Assembly: GCF_009914755.1 (NCBI RefSeq)
Contig: NC_060928.1
Source: the human T2T-CHM13v2.0 reference genome, Homo sapiens
Length of the DNA: 64,000 bases
Strand: one strand, 5' to 3'
Made by a program: the position numbers and the translations under genes. Of this stretch, positions 1 to 14,021 are shown piece after piece (positions within the stretch are counted from its first letter, which is position 1; every line of letters starts with the position of its first letter). A model generated the notes under the pieces. That model ran no database searches. It worked only from the letters and a program-made list of their open reading frames with translations, and was not told the DNA's origin.

Positions 1-983
1 TCCTGACCTAACTTCATGGCAAAATTCCAAGATCCCAAATTCTCCTAATATTTGCCTGCAAATTTTCACACTCAGCAATCCAAAATCTTGGATGTTTGTA
101 GACACTCAATTATTTCATTTTTTGTAGGAAAAAAACCCCACCCAAATGCAAACTTTAACATCCAAACCTTACAGGCTCTTACAACTACTATGCTAGCTAC
201 TTAGTATTTCTTCTTTGGGTCAAAAGGCCAGAACACACCTCAATTTCTTCACTCTAAATCTAACCTTTTGCCTTAAATCTGAGTGCACTTTCTTCCTCTG
301 CAGATCAAATGCATATATTTATCATCCAGCCAACTGGACTGGAACTTGTACACTACTTTACTTTGCCTTTGACATCCAAATTGCTCCTTCTAATCAATCG
401 CTCGCAATCTTGCTTTATAGTTCTAGCAGGGTAGAACGGGCAATCCATCTGATTGCTTTGGCCTAGGGATTGATACTGGATTAAGTACAAGTATAAAACT
501 TGCAGCCCATGCTTATCATGAACCTTGCAGCTCATACTTAATTAAACCCTCTCATTCGAGCTCACCACTGAGCTCAAATGCATCTCCAACACCATGGAAG
601 TACTCCACGATCAGATCGACTCCCTAACAGCAGTTGCTCTCTAAAACTGCTGGGGCCTAAATCTGCTTATGGAAGCCCAAAGAGGCATTTGTTTAACCCT
701 TGAAGAAGAATGTTGTGTTTATGCTAATAAATCAGGAACAGTATGAGACCAGGTGCAAAAGCTCAGGGGCCAAGCTGCTGAAATTGAGGAAAAAGCATCA
801 CAAGGATGGCCTTCATCGACATCTACTTGGAGATGGTTCTCCTGGTTGCTCTTATTCTCTGAGTCACTAACAGGTATTTTATTATTCCTTCTTTTTGGCC
901 CTTGCATGTTCAACTTAGTTGTCAAATTTGTGTCTTCTGTAATTCATCAGTTTCACCTTCAAATGATGCTGCAAATCGGATAA
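1..983 (+). pseudogene. env: Class I (gamma-like, HERV-H/F-related) endogenous retrovirus env remnant, running off the left edge of the window
   Basis: ORF 215-466 has an SU C-terminal motif (PANWTGTCTL) and a degenerate furin site/fusion peptide (RVER/AIHLIALA). The frame from 609 reads [50 protein letters not shown], i.e. a degenerate immunosuppressive domain plus CX6CC. ORF 753-983 supplies the TM helix (LLFLLFGPCMFNLVVKFVSS). Stops and frameshifts are present. Confidence 0.93.
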
Positions 984-1272
984 AAGTCTCTTTCCAATGC
1001 TGCCTGCTACCTTCATGGATCTCCTCTGGATTCAGCCGGACACCAGTTTCTCCTTGACATACTCCCCCTCTCTGATGAGTTCCTTCCTGTAGTGAGATTC
1101 AATATCCTGAGAACCACAGTCTGGGAAAATGACCCCCAGGGTCTCCTGAAATGCCAACAACCATAGGTAGAGTCAACTCTTTGCCCCAGGACAACAGAAA
1201 GTAGTTGGAAGATGAGATCTCCACCTGAATGCCGAAGATTTGTCATCGTCATTCTGCCAGACAAAGGTGGGA

Positions 1273-1651
1273 TTTGGAGTCCTGGAAAGTAAGCAACAAC
1301 GAGGAAAGGGTCCCAGGTGGGAGAAAGCAACTGTTCTGAAAGACAACTAATCACAGGCAACCCACTAGCATGACGACCTGTTTCTAAATACCTCGTTCCA
1401 GTACCGAGTCTCAGCAGCACAGCCTTATCTGCACACCTTGTCTGCATGGAGTCCCTCCAATATGATTCTATAAAACTTCCCTCCAGCCTCTGTCTTTCGA
1501 CAGACAGCTCCTTCTCTGCTGTGTGGCCCCTGCACCCTTGCAACGTATCCTCATACTTTCTCTAATAAATCTGCCTTTCTTTGCCTATGGCTGTCTTAAT
1601 AGATTCATTTACTGACCACAACAACCAGCCTGGCCGGTTGCAACCAGAACA
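1273..1651 (+). mobile_element. ERV1 3' LTR of the env-bearing provirus (possibly MER83-group, unverified)
   Basis: Preceded by a purine-rich PPT-like tract (agacaaaggtggga). Contains TATA-like ctataaaa ~1468 and AATAAA ~1564, and ends ...ccagaaca. It lies ~290 bp downstream of env. Confidence 0.8.
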
Positions 1652-1885
1652 ATTTTCTTTTTGGGTAAACATGATTGTTTTCCCCCTTTATATGACATAC
1701 AGAACTAGGGAAAAAAAATCACCTTCCTGAAGTGTTTAGTAAATCTATTTTAATAGACTGGACTTTTATGGTGTTTTCATGGAAATAGTAACTGAGGCCT
1801 AGGACTTTCATTAAGCAAGATAAATTTTATTTATACAATTAAAAATTAATATAGATGTTACTATAATATTCTTCTTTTCAATCAA

Positions 1886-2490
1886 TGTTGGTTCCTAAGA
1901 CCACCTTCAGAGTCAATGATTTACTGGAAAGACCTGCCAGATTCAGAATACCTGTTATATTCATGGTTATGGTTTATTACAACAAAGGATGCAGCTTAAA
2001 ATCATCAAAAGGAAAAGGTGTATGGCTGAAGTCCAGGAGAAACCAGGTAAAGGCTTTCAGGTATGCCCAACCAGTGGAGTCACACAGGTATGCACTTAAT
2101 TCTTCCAGCAAAAATAGTTGATAACACATGTGAAGTGTTGCCAGACATGGTTTTGTTGGGGTTCAGTATATAATTGGGAATCAGCATAGAGTACCCATGT
2201 AATTAAATTTCTTTCTCAGACTCCAGCCTACCCTAGACTCCCAAAGCAAAATCATTCATTCATCATAAATTATATTGTTAGGCTAAACTTATCTGGTCAA
2301 ATTTGTAGAGCACATCCCAAGGCCTCAGTCATACAAAAAAACCACTCTTATCAAGCAGAATATCCCAGAAGCTCAGAGGTTACTTCCCAGGAGCCAGCCA
2401 AGGGTCAATCCTGAAGATAGATCTTTCTTTGAAATGTGTAGTCATTACTGGTCTACAACCTAAGTCTGCTGACTTGACTCTTTCCTTATC
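1886..2490 (-). mobile_element. Solo LTR of the MER21/MER68/MER77 group
   Basis: Matches remembered consensus blocks: cctaagaccaccttcag, catggttatggtttattac, aaaatcatcaaaaggaaaagg, gtccaggagaaaccagg. Confidence 0.7.
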
Positions 2491-2979
2491 ACCATCCTTG
2501 ATTAATGTGGCTTTTTCTTCAACAAATTTGACGAGCTGTTCCTGATTCAGAATGATTTTTTAAAGCCAAGGAACTCACCAACACTCTGTTTTTACTTTTT
2601 ATAAAAATAGACCTAAGTAAGATGAAATATTCTAGAATTTCGTTTGTCTCAGTTACATTTTATCATAATGACATTGTTTTTGTTACAGGACACTTTATTG
2701 CTTAATCTCCTTAAGACCAGTTTTTTTTTTTGATTTGTAGTTTCTAGTCTTAGAGATACACCCATCATCACTTGGTCAAACAGGTACATTGTTACAAGAA
2801 GTGCAGTGACAACACAATAATTGCCCAGTTTGATCGTGCTGGGATCTTCATATCAAAATAACAATAGATATTTATCTCTTGTGAACTGATTACACAGAAA
2901 CCAGTGATGATTGAATTAGAATATTTTAGATATACTAAGATTACTTGAATTTGTAAGCACTAATGACTTCACTTCTTAA

Positions 2980-3120
2980 GTTATAGTAGGTAGCTAGTCA
3001 GGCATGAGCAGGACAGGAGAGGGCTCCACCCTCACCCCCCCACCAGGAATGTCAGTTGACCATCAGGTGATGGTCAGGCACTTACTACACTGTCTTTCTA
3101 AAATAATAATTGGCTACAAC
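2980..3120 (+). mobile_element. 5' fragment of a MER50-like ERV1 LTR
   Basis: tagtaggtagctagtcaggcatgagcaggacaggagagggctcc...ccaccaggaatgtcag...ccatcaggtgatggtcagg...ctaaaataataattgg; truncated abruptly at ~3120. Confidence 0.75.
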
Positions 3121-3699
3121 GAGGTGGGCATTATCAAGTCAAAGCAAAAGTGGACCAGTCATGAGCAAAGGTCATGGCGACAGTTTTTTGGAATGTTCAA
3201 GGCATTTTGCTCACTGACTTTGTGCAGGGCTAAAGAACAATAATATCTGTTTATTATGAGAGTGTTTTAAGAAAGCCAAAGTTTTAGCTGAATAAATACC
3301 CAGGAAACTTTCACCAGAGAGCCCTTCTCCACCATGGCAATGCTCCTGCTCATTTGCTTCCTCAAACAAGGGCAATTTTATGAGAATTTCTATGGAAAAT
3401 CACCAGATATTCACCTTACAGTTTAAATTTGGCTCTTTCTGACTTGTTTTCTTTCACGAGCTTGAAAAATCTATAAAGGGCACCAATTTTTTTTAGTTAA
3501 TAATATAAAAATAACTGCATTGATGTGGTTAAATTCCCAGGACGCTCAGTTCCTTAGGAATGAGTCAAATGGCTGTTATCACTGCTTATAAAAGGGTCTT
3601 GAACTCGATAGAGGAGTTTATGTTGATAAATAACATTTAGATTTTAATTTTTATCTTTTAATTTTATTTTTTCTACACGCTTTATGAAGTTTCCTCATA
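3121..3699 (+). mobile_element. Hsmar2 (mariner) 3' half with decayed transposase and right TIR
   Basis: gcaaaggtcatggcgacagttttttggaatg (KVMATVFW), ctccaccatggcaatgctcctgctcat (HHDNAPAH-like) and ccttacagt...ttggctctttctgac (YSPDLAPSD-like). Ends ttatgaagtttcctca followed by TA. Confidence 0.9.
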
Positions 3700-3796
3700 C
3701 AGGTCCCATACTATGAAATATTTGTAGACTGGCATGTAATACATTACAATACCAAAAATGCCACTCATAAAAACTTTAAATGTCCTCAGGTATAGG

Positions 3797-4308
3797 TATT
3801 ATGTTCCTATTGCTGCTAGAACAAATTACAAAATTTGTGGGTTATACAATAGAGATTTATTTATTTCTAAAAATTTTGGAGCTCAAAAGTCCATAATGTA
3901 TCTCATGGAACTCAATTCAAGGTTCGAGAAGGTCTGAAATTCCTTCTTGGTGTGTGGAAGATAATCCATTTCTCTGCCTTTTTCAGTTTTCAGAGGCTGC
4001 TCACAATCCTGGGCTTAAACCCATCTTTCTCTATTTCCAAAGCCAGCAATGTCAGGCAGAGTTCCTCTCATGCTGCAATCTCTCTGGTCTCCCTTTTCTG
4101 CCTGCCACTTCCACTTTTAAGGACCATGGTTATGTTGGTCCCGCTGGAATACTCCAGGATAATCTCCCCATTTTAAGGTCAGCTGATTAGCAACTTTAAT
4201 GTTATCTGTATCCTTTAATCATTTTCCCCATCATGTAAACTAACATATTTACATATTCCAGGGAGTAGAATGAAGTCATCTTTGGGGATGATTATTTTGC
4301 ATATCACT
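3797..4308 (-). mobile_element. MaLR LTR, MLT1D-like
   Basis: cctattgctgctagaacaaattac; ttttcagaggctgctcac; ccaggataatctccccattttaaggtcagctgattagcaac; catctttggggatgattatt. Confidence 0.82.
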
Positions 4309-7300
4309 GGGTATGTGATCACGTATTTCACTGTTCCATTTAAAATTTACTTGGCAGCGCTTTAGAAACTGAACAGATACTCTAACATTGAGATACAAAT
4401 ACAATAACATTTAAATGCATAATGCAGCACATTTTTTCAAGTCAAGATGTTTGAATTCCTCAAGACACTTTAACAGAAGTTAGGAAAATCTGATTGTTTC
4501 TTTGTCTGTACAAATATTACTATAGATAGATTGACATAAATAAAAGACAAGCATTACTGTATCTGTAATTCTTTGATAGGTTAGTGTTAATTTCTTTATG
4601 ATATTTGAGTAAATGATAAAAGTATCAAGAAAATCAAACCAGTAATAGTCTTCAAAACAAAAGATAAAATTATCTGATTACAATGACTCAATATTACTTT
4701 TGTTAATCATTGCTATGAACACTGCACCTCTACCTGTGCTTATTAGTACTTCAAGAATAAAAAACATTTTCAAGGGGGATAGGGACAAAATTTGAAGAAA
4801 CTTATTTAACTCTACACATCTATGAGTTCTGACAATTTGTCAACTCTATGCTGAGAGTACACAACGCTAATATTTGTCATGACATGTACAGAAGAAAAGT
4901 GCTTAGTGCTACATTTTCCATATAATTTTAATATCATTTTTCAAAAGGGAGAATTTGCAAGTTAAATGTCAAGAAGTGTAATCTCAATTCCTTTAAAAGA
5001 CATATTAATTTTCCAAAATTGGATTTGTTTCATTAATTATGTCCAATGGGATCAGGGCAGAGAAAACATTTTTTAAATATAAATGCAAGCACAAGCAGTG
5101 GAAAATCCATACTGAAAAACATTTCTCATGTGACTAGCAATTTAACAATTTTGGATTTTTGTTTACATCTGATTAAGATTCTTTGGCAAATTTAAATAAT
5201 TTGACATTCAAGACACAAAATAATACTAATAAATGGGCATGTAATCAATTGCTAGTACATTTTGGATTTGGTCAGATTATAATATTAGTGGTGATGAAAG
5301 TAAATGTTACTTGATTTTAATTAGCAATATCTTCTAGATGTTGGTAAGTAATACGTTGAAAGTTAAGTGCACTTAAAGGCAGAATTTTGTATGAAGGTTA
5401 TTTTCAGTTTAGTTAAAGATTTACATTATCTGCTTTCGGAAAAGAAAAAAAAAACAAAAAAACTTGTCTATGCCTGCAATAAATAATAGGTCTTCCACCA
5501 GTTCTAAGTCTTCTCCACACAGTACTTACTGGAGTACTTTAGAATGTATTCCTGAAAGATCTAGGAAAGAGAAAGATATATGCACCTTATACTCCAGGCA
5601 TAGAACATATAATTGTATAATTCCCAATAAATACAGAGCCTTGTAATTGAAAATTACAACAGTGAGATATTGGGGTAGGGAGAACTAAATTCACATCAGG
5701 AGAATAGAATACAGCATGTAGAATATGTACTGTAGAATATTAATGCAATAGAGTAATAAACCAGCGTCAAAATGAAAAACAACAACATACACAAATCTAT
5801 AGCTATAAATATGAACATAAATAAATATAACAGATTTGGGGTGAAGAAAGTATGTTTAAAAGCAAGTTTAAAATTAAGATGTCATGTAGTTAAATTATAA
5901 AAATTCATATAGTATATATGAATTAGAAAAAAATATTAAAATAAACCCATTAAGAATTTGTTTGTATGCATTAAAATATAAAGATATCTATGCATGAAAA
6001 AGCATAGAAGTGAGTGCAATGGTCAGCTCCTCATAGGCAGATGAATTTATTCAGGAAAGAGACATATAGGACTTCAAATATATTTGTAATATGTGAATTC
6101 TCATGTTGACTGGTAGTTACATCAGGCTTTTTTCAAAGTATTTTGATTGTCTAAGTGATTTCATAAAGACACCTTCCCTTATACAAGTTTTATCGGCTAG
6201 TTCATGCTTTCTGCTGTGTCACTTATTTTTCTGTTTTGTAATAATAAAACTTTAGAAGACAGAGTTAACAGAGATATTCCTTTCCAAAGCATTTTGCCTC
6301 AAGCAGAATGCCCAAAGTGCCAGTCCTGATAAAGCTTGTAGAGTGATTTCCTTTAGAAATCAGGCCAACTTCCATCTCCATCTTCCTTAGTTATTGATGA
6401 GGAGAATGTGGCCAACAGTGCTTTCACAGAATGGAAACAGATCTCGGGTACTAGCTGGCCCTTAACAATTGGCAGTCTGCCCTCTCTGAAATAGAAACTA
6501 GACTCTCAGCTTATTAGACCCTCTTCCCAACTCATCTTCATTCAAGTAATTCAGAAACAAAAATTGTCACTCAAAAACTGTGACATTGGAAACCACTGAC
6601 CTAAAAGATGCTTCCCAGGAAATTTGACTGAGGTCATAGTAGACTCCTTCCCTCAATAGCCGTGCCTGTTGATTCTACTAACAGTGTCTCCCACTATTAC
6701 ATAACATGCATCTGAAAATTTCTATTGCTAACTCATAGCAAATATGCTTATTAAATACATGTTGATTACACAAGAACCTATGGAGAAGAAGCTTGTCTAC
6801 CTTGAGAATGTCAGCTGCCTCAACTTGATGTAGTCACTAGATGCTCTCTTCTTGGGTGAGCATCCAATATAAAAAGTCATGTGAAGATATCAGAAAGGGT
6901 AAACGTTATTATAACATCATCCATCATTACATATTTCTGAAATCATTAGTTCAAGCCCATTTTCAATGTAGCGGGTGTCATTTTCATAATACTGATGCAG
7001 TTTTATTTATTATAGTGTATTTTCATTTTGGATTTCATCTTTAAAAACTACATCATAAGTGGAGTATGATAGAACCTTATGATTAGGTTATTGCTATAAA
7101 TAGTTTGACAGATAAAAACACTTTATGCAAAAACTGTTGTATGAAACTCTGCTATAGGACATTAGCTCTGCTAAGGCAGAATTGATGTGGTAATAGTACA
7201 CTGTATTCTTTATGGTGTCACTACACAAAGGCACAAAGTAGTTTTCAATAATAATAATAATAAAGTGTTCATTTACCTTGGCTTTAAGGTAGCATTTCCA

Positions 7301-9029
7301 TCAAGCGAAACAAACTATTATCAAAGATTCATTTCCTGTTTTGTGTTCTGTAATAAATATTTGTAAAGGAGATGAGGATGAAGTATGCAAATAGCCATAT
7401 TTTACATAGAGATATCTTTAGAAAAATAGGATCTCTTTTTCTCCTTGAATCAACCAAGTTATAACTGAGAATCAATTTTAAATTACTTTTCACTGTAGTA
7501 TTGCTTTCTCAAGATAATTAAAATTCTTGGTTATATCATATACAATATTATACTTCCTTAAATTTCACAGGACAGAAAGAAAGTTTAATACATTGTCTAG
7601 GAAAGTCTTTCAATTGTATAGCTGTCCAAAAGAAAAATCCAATTTCATATTCTAACAGCATGTGTTGAAAAACATAGCAATGATTTCTTAAAAACTCTTC
7701 CTGGAATGACTACAGGAACCCAAATTCTGCTCTGAAAAGGCTATAGTACTTGTTCCTTGACATTTTCAAAGTTCATGTGATCCTGAGAAGTGATTAAAGG
7801 TTATCTCTAGAGCATATTGCTGATGACAGTTTCCCTAGTTTGCTATAGTTCATAGGTAACAAAGAATGTATTGTTTTTAAGAATTTTTATTTCCTTTTCC
7901 ACTTTAGCCTTCAATTCACCACCTAAGACATTATTTGTTCCCTAAGTTGATATAGAGTCCTAGCTATTCCGGGATACTATATTACTGACAATGACATAAT
8001 CATAAAATTCTAGACTTAAAAAGTCATTTTATTTCTATATTTCCTTTGATTTTGTTTCATCTGAATGGTATATTATTCCTTTATCATAAGTGAAAAAAAT
8101 AGAACCCAATAATTATCTTGTAATCTATTACCAAGTTTCATTTGTATAAGGGCTATATACCATAAAACTCAGAACATCTCACACTTGAAATACTTGCAGG
8201 ATTAACATGTATTTTCTATTTTAATCTAAAATTTACTTTCAATTACTATAAGCTAATTTTTAAAAATTCAGACAGTAAATGTAGGCAAAGTATATTTACT
8301 ATTTTATGTTTTAAATTAAACAACTGTAACTATAAATGTAAACATACATAGAATTTCTAAAACCTTCTTCTGCACCCCAAGGAGTCATGTGATCGCTATT
8401 TTAGAGACCACTAATTGAAAGTCTAATATGCAAACATTAACTGGCTATTGCCTAGTCCATACCAAGTTCTTATTCTCTCTCTCATTGATTATAAATTAAT
8501 ACATATCAGTTCTCCTCTTCCCCCTTCTCTCTCTCTTCTACTCTCTCTTCAATTCTCAAGATCTGGAAATGATGTCAAAATGGAATCATGTTGGGTGGCA
8601 GACAGAGTTCATACTTCAAACTCTTTTTTATGCTTTCATGTGGGAATTTTCCAGAGAAAGAGACTTTCTCTATAATCCATAGAAATCTCATGGCAATATT
8701 TCATTATGTAGGAAAATCAAAAGGACAGTTTTCCAAATTTTCCACATTCAGATACCTGCTGATGTTTTGTGCCCATTCTTACTCTCTTTTCTCTTACTTT
8801 TCCCTTTGTTCTATATAGCATGATTTTTTTATTATTCCTCACTTTACAGATGATTTGACTGAGGCACAGTGAACTAAATTGGCTTGTGTATGAGGATCTG
8901 TGATGGACAGTGGGCATAAAGTTGGATAAGGTGTAGCTTCTTCCATTAAGGAGCTCAAAGTCTATTTTGTGATATTGATGTCTATACATAAGTGGTACTA
9001 CAGTAAGATTAATATGAGTGGAACTTTGT

Positions 9030-9185
9030 AAAGCACAGTGACTAAGAGTAAGAACCTTTGAGCCCAGTCTGTGGGTTAATCCCAAATCTAACATAAAGTA
9101 GCTGGGTACCCTTGACCTGGATACTTATCTTTCCTTGCTTCAATTACTTTCCCTATAAAGAGAAGTAATTTTACTAATTGTGTAA
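9030..9185 (+). mobile_element. MIR SINE
   Basis: gcacagtgactaagag...gagcccagtctgtgggttaatccc...agctgggtacccttgac resembles the MIR core. Confidence 0.6.
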
Positions 9186-11362
9186 ATGCATATGACAATT
9201 AATTGGGTTGGAGCAGATAAACAATCAAAAACAGCTTCTAACATAAATGTAGCATTTAAAACAAAAAAGGTACTATTATAAAATATTATGGGAGTATGGG
9301 CAGTCATAAGGGAGAATATAAACTAATTGCAGAGGGCTCCTTAGTGAAGCACAAGAGATATAGTATAATCTAGCTAGTCTATTACTTATTAAACTTTCAC
9401 GTATTGTCTACTTTTAACTTGTTTGATTTTGCTTTTATGAATTGGATGTACCATGGTACTGGATGATTTGTCAGGTCCTCCCGAAATACAATGTTACATA
9501 AAATAAATAGAGGTTTATGAAAGGCCAAGCAGTTGGATCAACTTCACTAACTAACATCAGACTACTTTCACAATATTTCAAAATAATGGACTACTTTTCC
9601 CTTTGGTTTACATAGCTTGATCCTTAAAGGTTATTAGCAAGTTTATCTACAAATCATAATTTTTAAATAATTATCTGAAACAATGTTTTAAGAATGTTTA
9701 ACAATTTCATCTAATAGGACCAGGATATAAGTATGCTGTACTTTCCATTATTGAAATGCACATGAGTTGATTTGATGAGTGTTTGGGGTGGGAGTGGTAG
9801 TGACAGGAGGTAAGAGGAAATGAGCTTGGGAAAATTCAAAAATGAAAATAAGGAAGGCAAAAGAGAAAGGCTGGAAACAACAAAAGCCCTAGAGGTTTTA
9901 CACACTTGGAACACTTAAGAGACAGCTTCCTAAGCTTGGTCATGAGTTTTATCATGACTGTATCCTTACTTGTTGCTTCCAGAAAAAGAAAATTATGTGA
10001 GACTTTGAGACTGATCAAAAATCTTATAACAGGGATAGAGGCAAAAACTAGAGAAACCGGGGTTATAAGTCAGATTGTAGACCATTTCATGTCCTCAAGC
10101 TGCTGTGATGTGAAACATGGAATGAGCACCACAGATAGCCTGAGTATCTATATTGTGCCAAATGTTGGTATAGATAACATGTCCTTCTAAAGACGTTTAC
10201 AAACCAAGCTAGAGGAAAGCAGCAAATGATGTTTCACCAACAGAAAAGTAAAGTAGAGACTACTAAGGCATCACAACTCAAGCATAATTTTTTACAAGAA
10301 TCAATTAAAAGAAGATGCGTATCTCTTGGTCCTGCAGATAAATGGTTAATGCGCTGAAGTGTGATGTTTAATTACCTCTTTTTTATTACCCTTCATTATT
10401 TTAGCTTTCATAGCTACACATGTTATGCTGGTCATAAAATTATATAGTCCATTTTAAGGTGCAGCTACAATATTTTCCTGGCTGATCTCCTGATGCAGAG
10501 TATTTTGCCAGTGGTCAACACTCCATGGGAATGTTTTCCTCCAATTGGTTACAAATTTATAGCCCTTAAACTTTACCAGTGTCATGTCATTAAACAGGGA
10601 AATCTATGTTCCTCTAACCAATTAAAACAGTTTCTAAATTCCAGCCTCCTCCATTTGATCACTCTACTTGACAAGATGAAGATAGTAATCTCAATTTTTA
10701 ATGTTTAAACATACAAAATCTTCTAAATATTATACAAAATCCATCTATATCAAATCCTCTCAAAAAGAGAAAATACATCAATTTGCAGAAAAGTGGCTCA
10801 CTTGTAGTGTACCCATGGTAAGAGCATTCAAAAAATATATATTTGTAAAATTTACTAGTAAATATTGGGAAGATTTTCAATGCAAAAACGTTTTACATTT
10901 TCGTAGTTTCACCAGTATAAAAAATACTATCTGAAACATATTAAGTGCAGAGTATAAATTGCTAACAATTAAAAGAAATTTCTGATTGACTTTATATCCA
11001 AATATTTTTAAATACCAATTTATTATTTTAAAAATTATTAGACTACATCATTCTGATATCTCTCTGTCTCTCTCCTCATATAGGAAGAAAATGTTATACT
11101 AATTAGCTAAATTCTAACATTTTAGTATGCAAACGTAAAAGAAAATAAAAGTATTTTTTCTTCTTCAAATTACATTTTTGTATGGTGCAAGTACTCTCAC
11201 ATGAGAAATATGTATATTTATATATGTATTATATATGCATGTGCTTATGCATTTATATATATAAGATATAGGATAAACAAATATTTCAAAATACAAAACA
11301 AAAAATATTGGCACATATTTTCAACTTCTACTTGATTATAGTACATAGAATGAAAAATTAAC

Positions 11363-11449
11363 ATTGGAATGGTGCAAAAGTAATTTCGGTTTTTGCCATT
11401 ACTTTTAATTACTTTTAAAAATCTCAATTACTTTCATACCAACCTAATA
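11363..11449. mobile_element. MADE1 (Hsmar1-derived MITE) with internal duplication of attactttta
   Basis: ggtgcaaaagtaatttcggtttttgccattac...caattactttcataccaacctaaTA; palindromic Hsmar1 TIRs. Confidence 0.9.
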
Positions 11450-12504
11450 TAAATGTTGAAAAATTCTTGTATCACAGCTGTATGGCAATAGATAAAGAGA
11501 AGATATAAAAACATTGGTTTACTACTTTAAGCATAGAACAATGTGTACTAGTTGATTAATAATACTTTTTGAATGAACATATGGGTGTATAATAATTTTT
11601 ATTCATTTATTTTATTTAATAAAACTTTACTTAGAACCTACAGTTTAGTCTTTAAACATTCCCAGTGGTAAGCACTAAATAAGGATGTTTGTGATCCTGA
11701 GATAAAGTTTGTTCTCAATAAACTCCAAACCTAATGAAATATAAGTCCATTAACATATAATTAAAATGAAATGGTTTTATTGCTATAATATTTAGAAGCA
11801 ATGAGTAATTTCTTTCCAACATTGTATTTGAAAAACCTAAGTGAAGACCTCAGCCTATAACTGGAACAAAATATTTCCTGATTCTCTACTGTTTTAGAAC
11901 ATTTCATTGATAATATTTCTCATCTCTATTAGCCTAAAATATGGTACCAAAAGAAATTCAGTAATTATGTTTCCTTCCCAAATTTATTTTCTTACAATTT
12001 TTGTCTATTCTCATCTCTTTGCAAGTTCACCTTTCTACTGACCCATGTCACTGTGCCATTAAAAATTTCCTTCTGAAAAATCAAATTTTAAGGCTCATCT
12101 TTCCTCAATCTCTTTACAGAGTCCCATTCTATCTCCTCTCAAGTAAAATCTAACTTCTCATTTAGCTGAACTCCTCTCCAGTTTCCTGAATTGGCAGCTC
12201 ACTACACCATCATATCTCTTGGAAGCTTGAGAGAGGTTTAGGCCTTCTCCTATTGTATTTGTTCCATTACAACTTTACCAAAGTCTGCCAAAGATCCTTC
12301 TTTGACAATGTTAAGGCAACATGCTTCTTAACAGAATTTTGAGATATTTATATCCTTGTTAACACAAGAACTCTTCCTTGGTACACCGAAGGCAGGATTT
12401 GCATTAGAAGGAAATTACACTTAATAGAGAGAAAGTAGTTAAAGTCTTGATACACATGGCAGAATAATAATGATAGTAATAATAATAACCTTCCTATATA
12501 TTTA

Positions 12505-13269
12505 AAAGGCCTGGAGATCAGGCAAGATCCAGCACATTCAGAATGTAAAGGCCAGTTTTGAGGGACAGCGTTAGTTCAGACCCTCTAAATCAAGGATGGG
12601 CACACAGATGTCTAAACAGTTAGCAAAGTAAGAGACTTTGCCTCCTGGGTTATTGTGTGGCCCCTGTCATCCATCCCAACAATAAAGGGTTTCCTGCTTC
12701 CCATAGAATTAGGAAAATTATTGACAAAATATCAAGATTCCTAATGACAAAGCCTCCTGGTTATAATGCTCCCAGCAGATATGTTAAAAATGTTTATCAG
12801 CCACTTAGGACAAATTATGAAGACCACAAAAAGCATTGCAGCACAGCAAAAATGTCTAAAATTTCTTAGATTAGAAAGCTTTAACAAAATGCTCATGTTT
12901 TTTTATAGTCAATTGCTACAAGTCTGTAACTAAAACCAAGATTAGAGTAGCTCGACGTACAGAAGTTATAGAGAAGCCAAATTTTGTAAACTTGCCTTTG
13001 GCTTTTGATTTTGGGCTTTTATATTGCTCAAAGAAGGTTAACTGTCAGTGAATGCCTATACGCCTCTATTCCCATCTGGCCTAGAACATTTAAATTCGCT
13101 ATAGGTCTTTTGAGTCTAAATCCCTTGGCCATAGGGGTCCCACTGAGGGACAGGATGGACCTGGGGCAGGTAGCCATGCTACCCTGGTAATACTATGAAC
13201 AGAATAAAAGTTTGGTGGCCACTGATGCTGCCTCTGGATATAACTGGATCTTGGCCAGAAGTGGGTGAA
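12505..13269 (+). mobile_element. 3' portion of MER4-int (non-autonomous ERV1 internal region)
   Basis: ggggtcccactgagggacaggatggacctggggcaggtagcc...aataaaagtttggtggcc...ttggccagaagtgggtgaa (PPT) directly abuts the MER4 LTR. The left boundary is approximate. Confidence 0.75.
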
Positions 13270-14021
13270 TGTAAACCAAAACTAAATTTCTAAGCCCCTC
13301 AAACCAACTAAATAGATTCCTCTTCTTGGCCAAGGGCATTCCACAGTAGACCTGAAAATCTAGTTCAGGCCAAGATAGGAAGGCAGGGTCAGACAGACCT
13401 CGCTATGCCCTCCCCCAGCTGGAATTCAGGCACACTGATAAGCATTAACATTAAAACAGGTCTTAAGCCTGACAAAACAGTCTTCTGTAGCAAAAGACAC
13501 CAACTCCCAGCCTAACTCTAGTATAGTATCATATGACAGATAGCAGGCCCTGAAGGAAATCAAAGTATTTTACCCCAATGTATATTTCTTTGACATATTT
13601 TAAAATGACTCTTCAAAGCTTCCTCTTGTGGGGAAAAATCTACATTCTGCTACCTATGTCTTGCTACCTGGAGGCTTCATCTGCATGAGAAAAACTTGGT
13701 CTCCACAACCCTTATCTTAACCCAGATATTCCTTTCTATTGATTGCAGATCTTTAGATAATAACTCTTTCAACAAATTGCCAGTCAGACAATCTTTAAAT
13801 TCACCCATGGCCTGGAACCCCCTACTTCAAATAGTACCATATTTCCCACCTGAACCAGTATACATCATACATGTATTGATTGACGTCTTATGTCTCTGTA
13901 CAACATATAAAATCAAGCTGTAACCTAACTAACTTGTGCACATGTTCTCAGGATCTCCTGGGGCTGTGTCATGGGCCACTGGTCATTCATATTTGGCTCA
14001 GAATAAATGTCTTCAAATATT
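13270..14021 (+). mobile_element. MER4 (MER4D/E-like) LTR lacking its U5 end, followed by an A-rich tail
   Basis: Starts tgtaaaccaaaactaaatttctaagcccc; internal gcaggccctgaaggaaatcaaagtattttacccc; ends ggctcagAATAAAtgtcttcaaatatt, then aaagataaataaaataaa. Confidence 0.88.

Noticed and set aside
1013-1543. 176-aa minus-strand ORF
   Set aside because: It is antisense to the ERV 3' UTR/LTR and has no recognisable domain.
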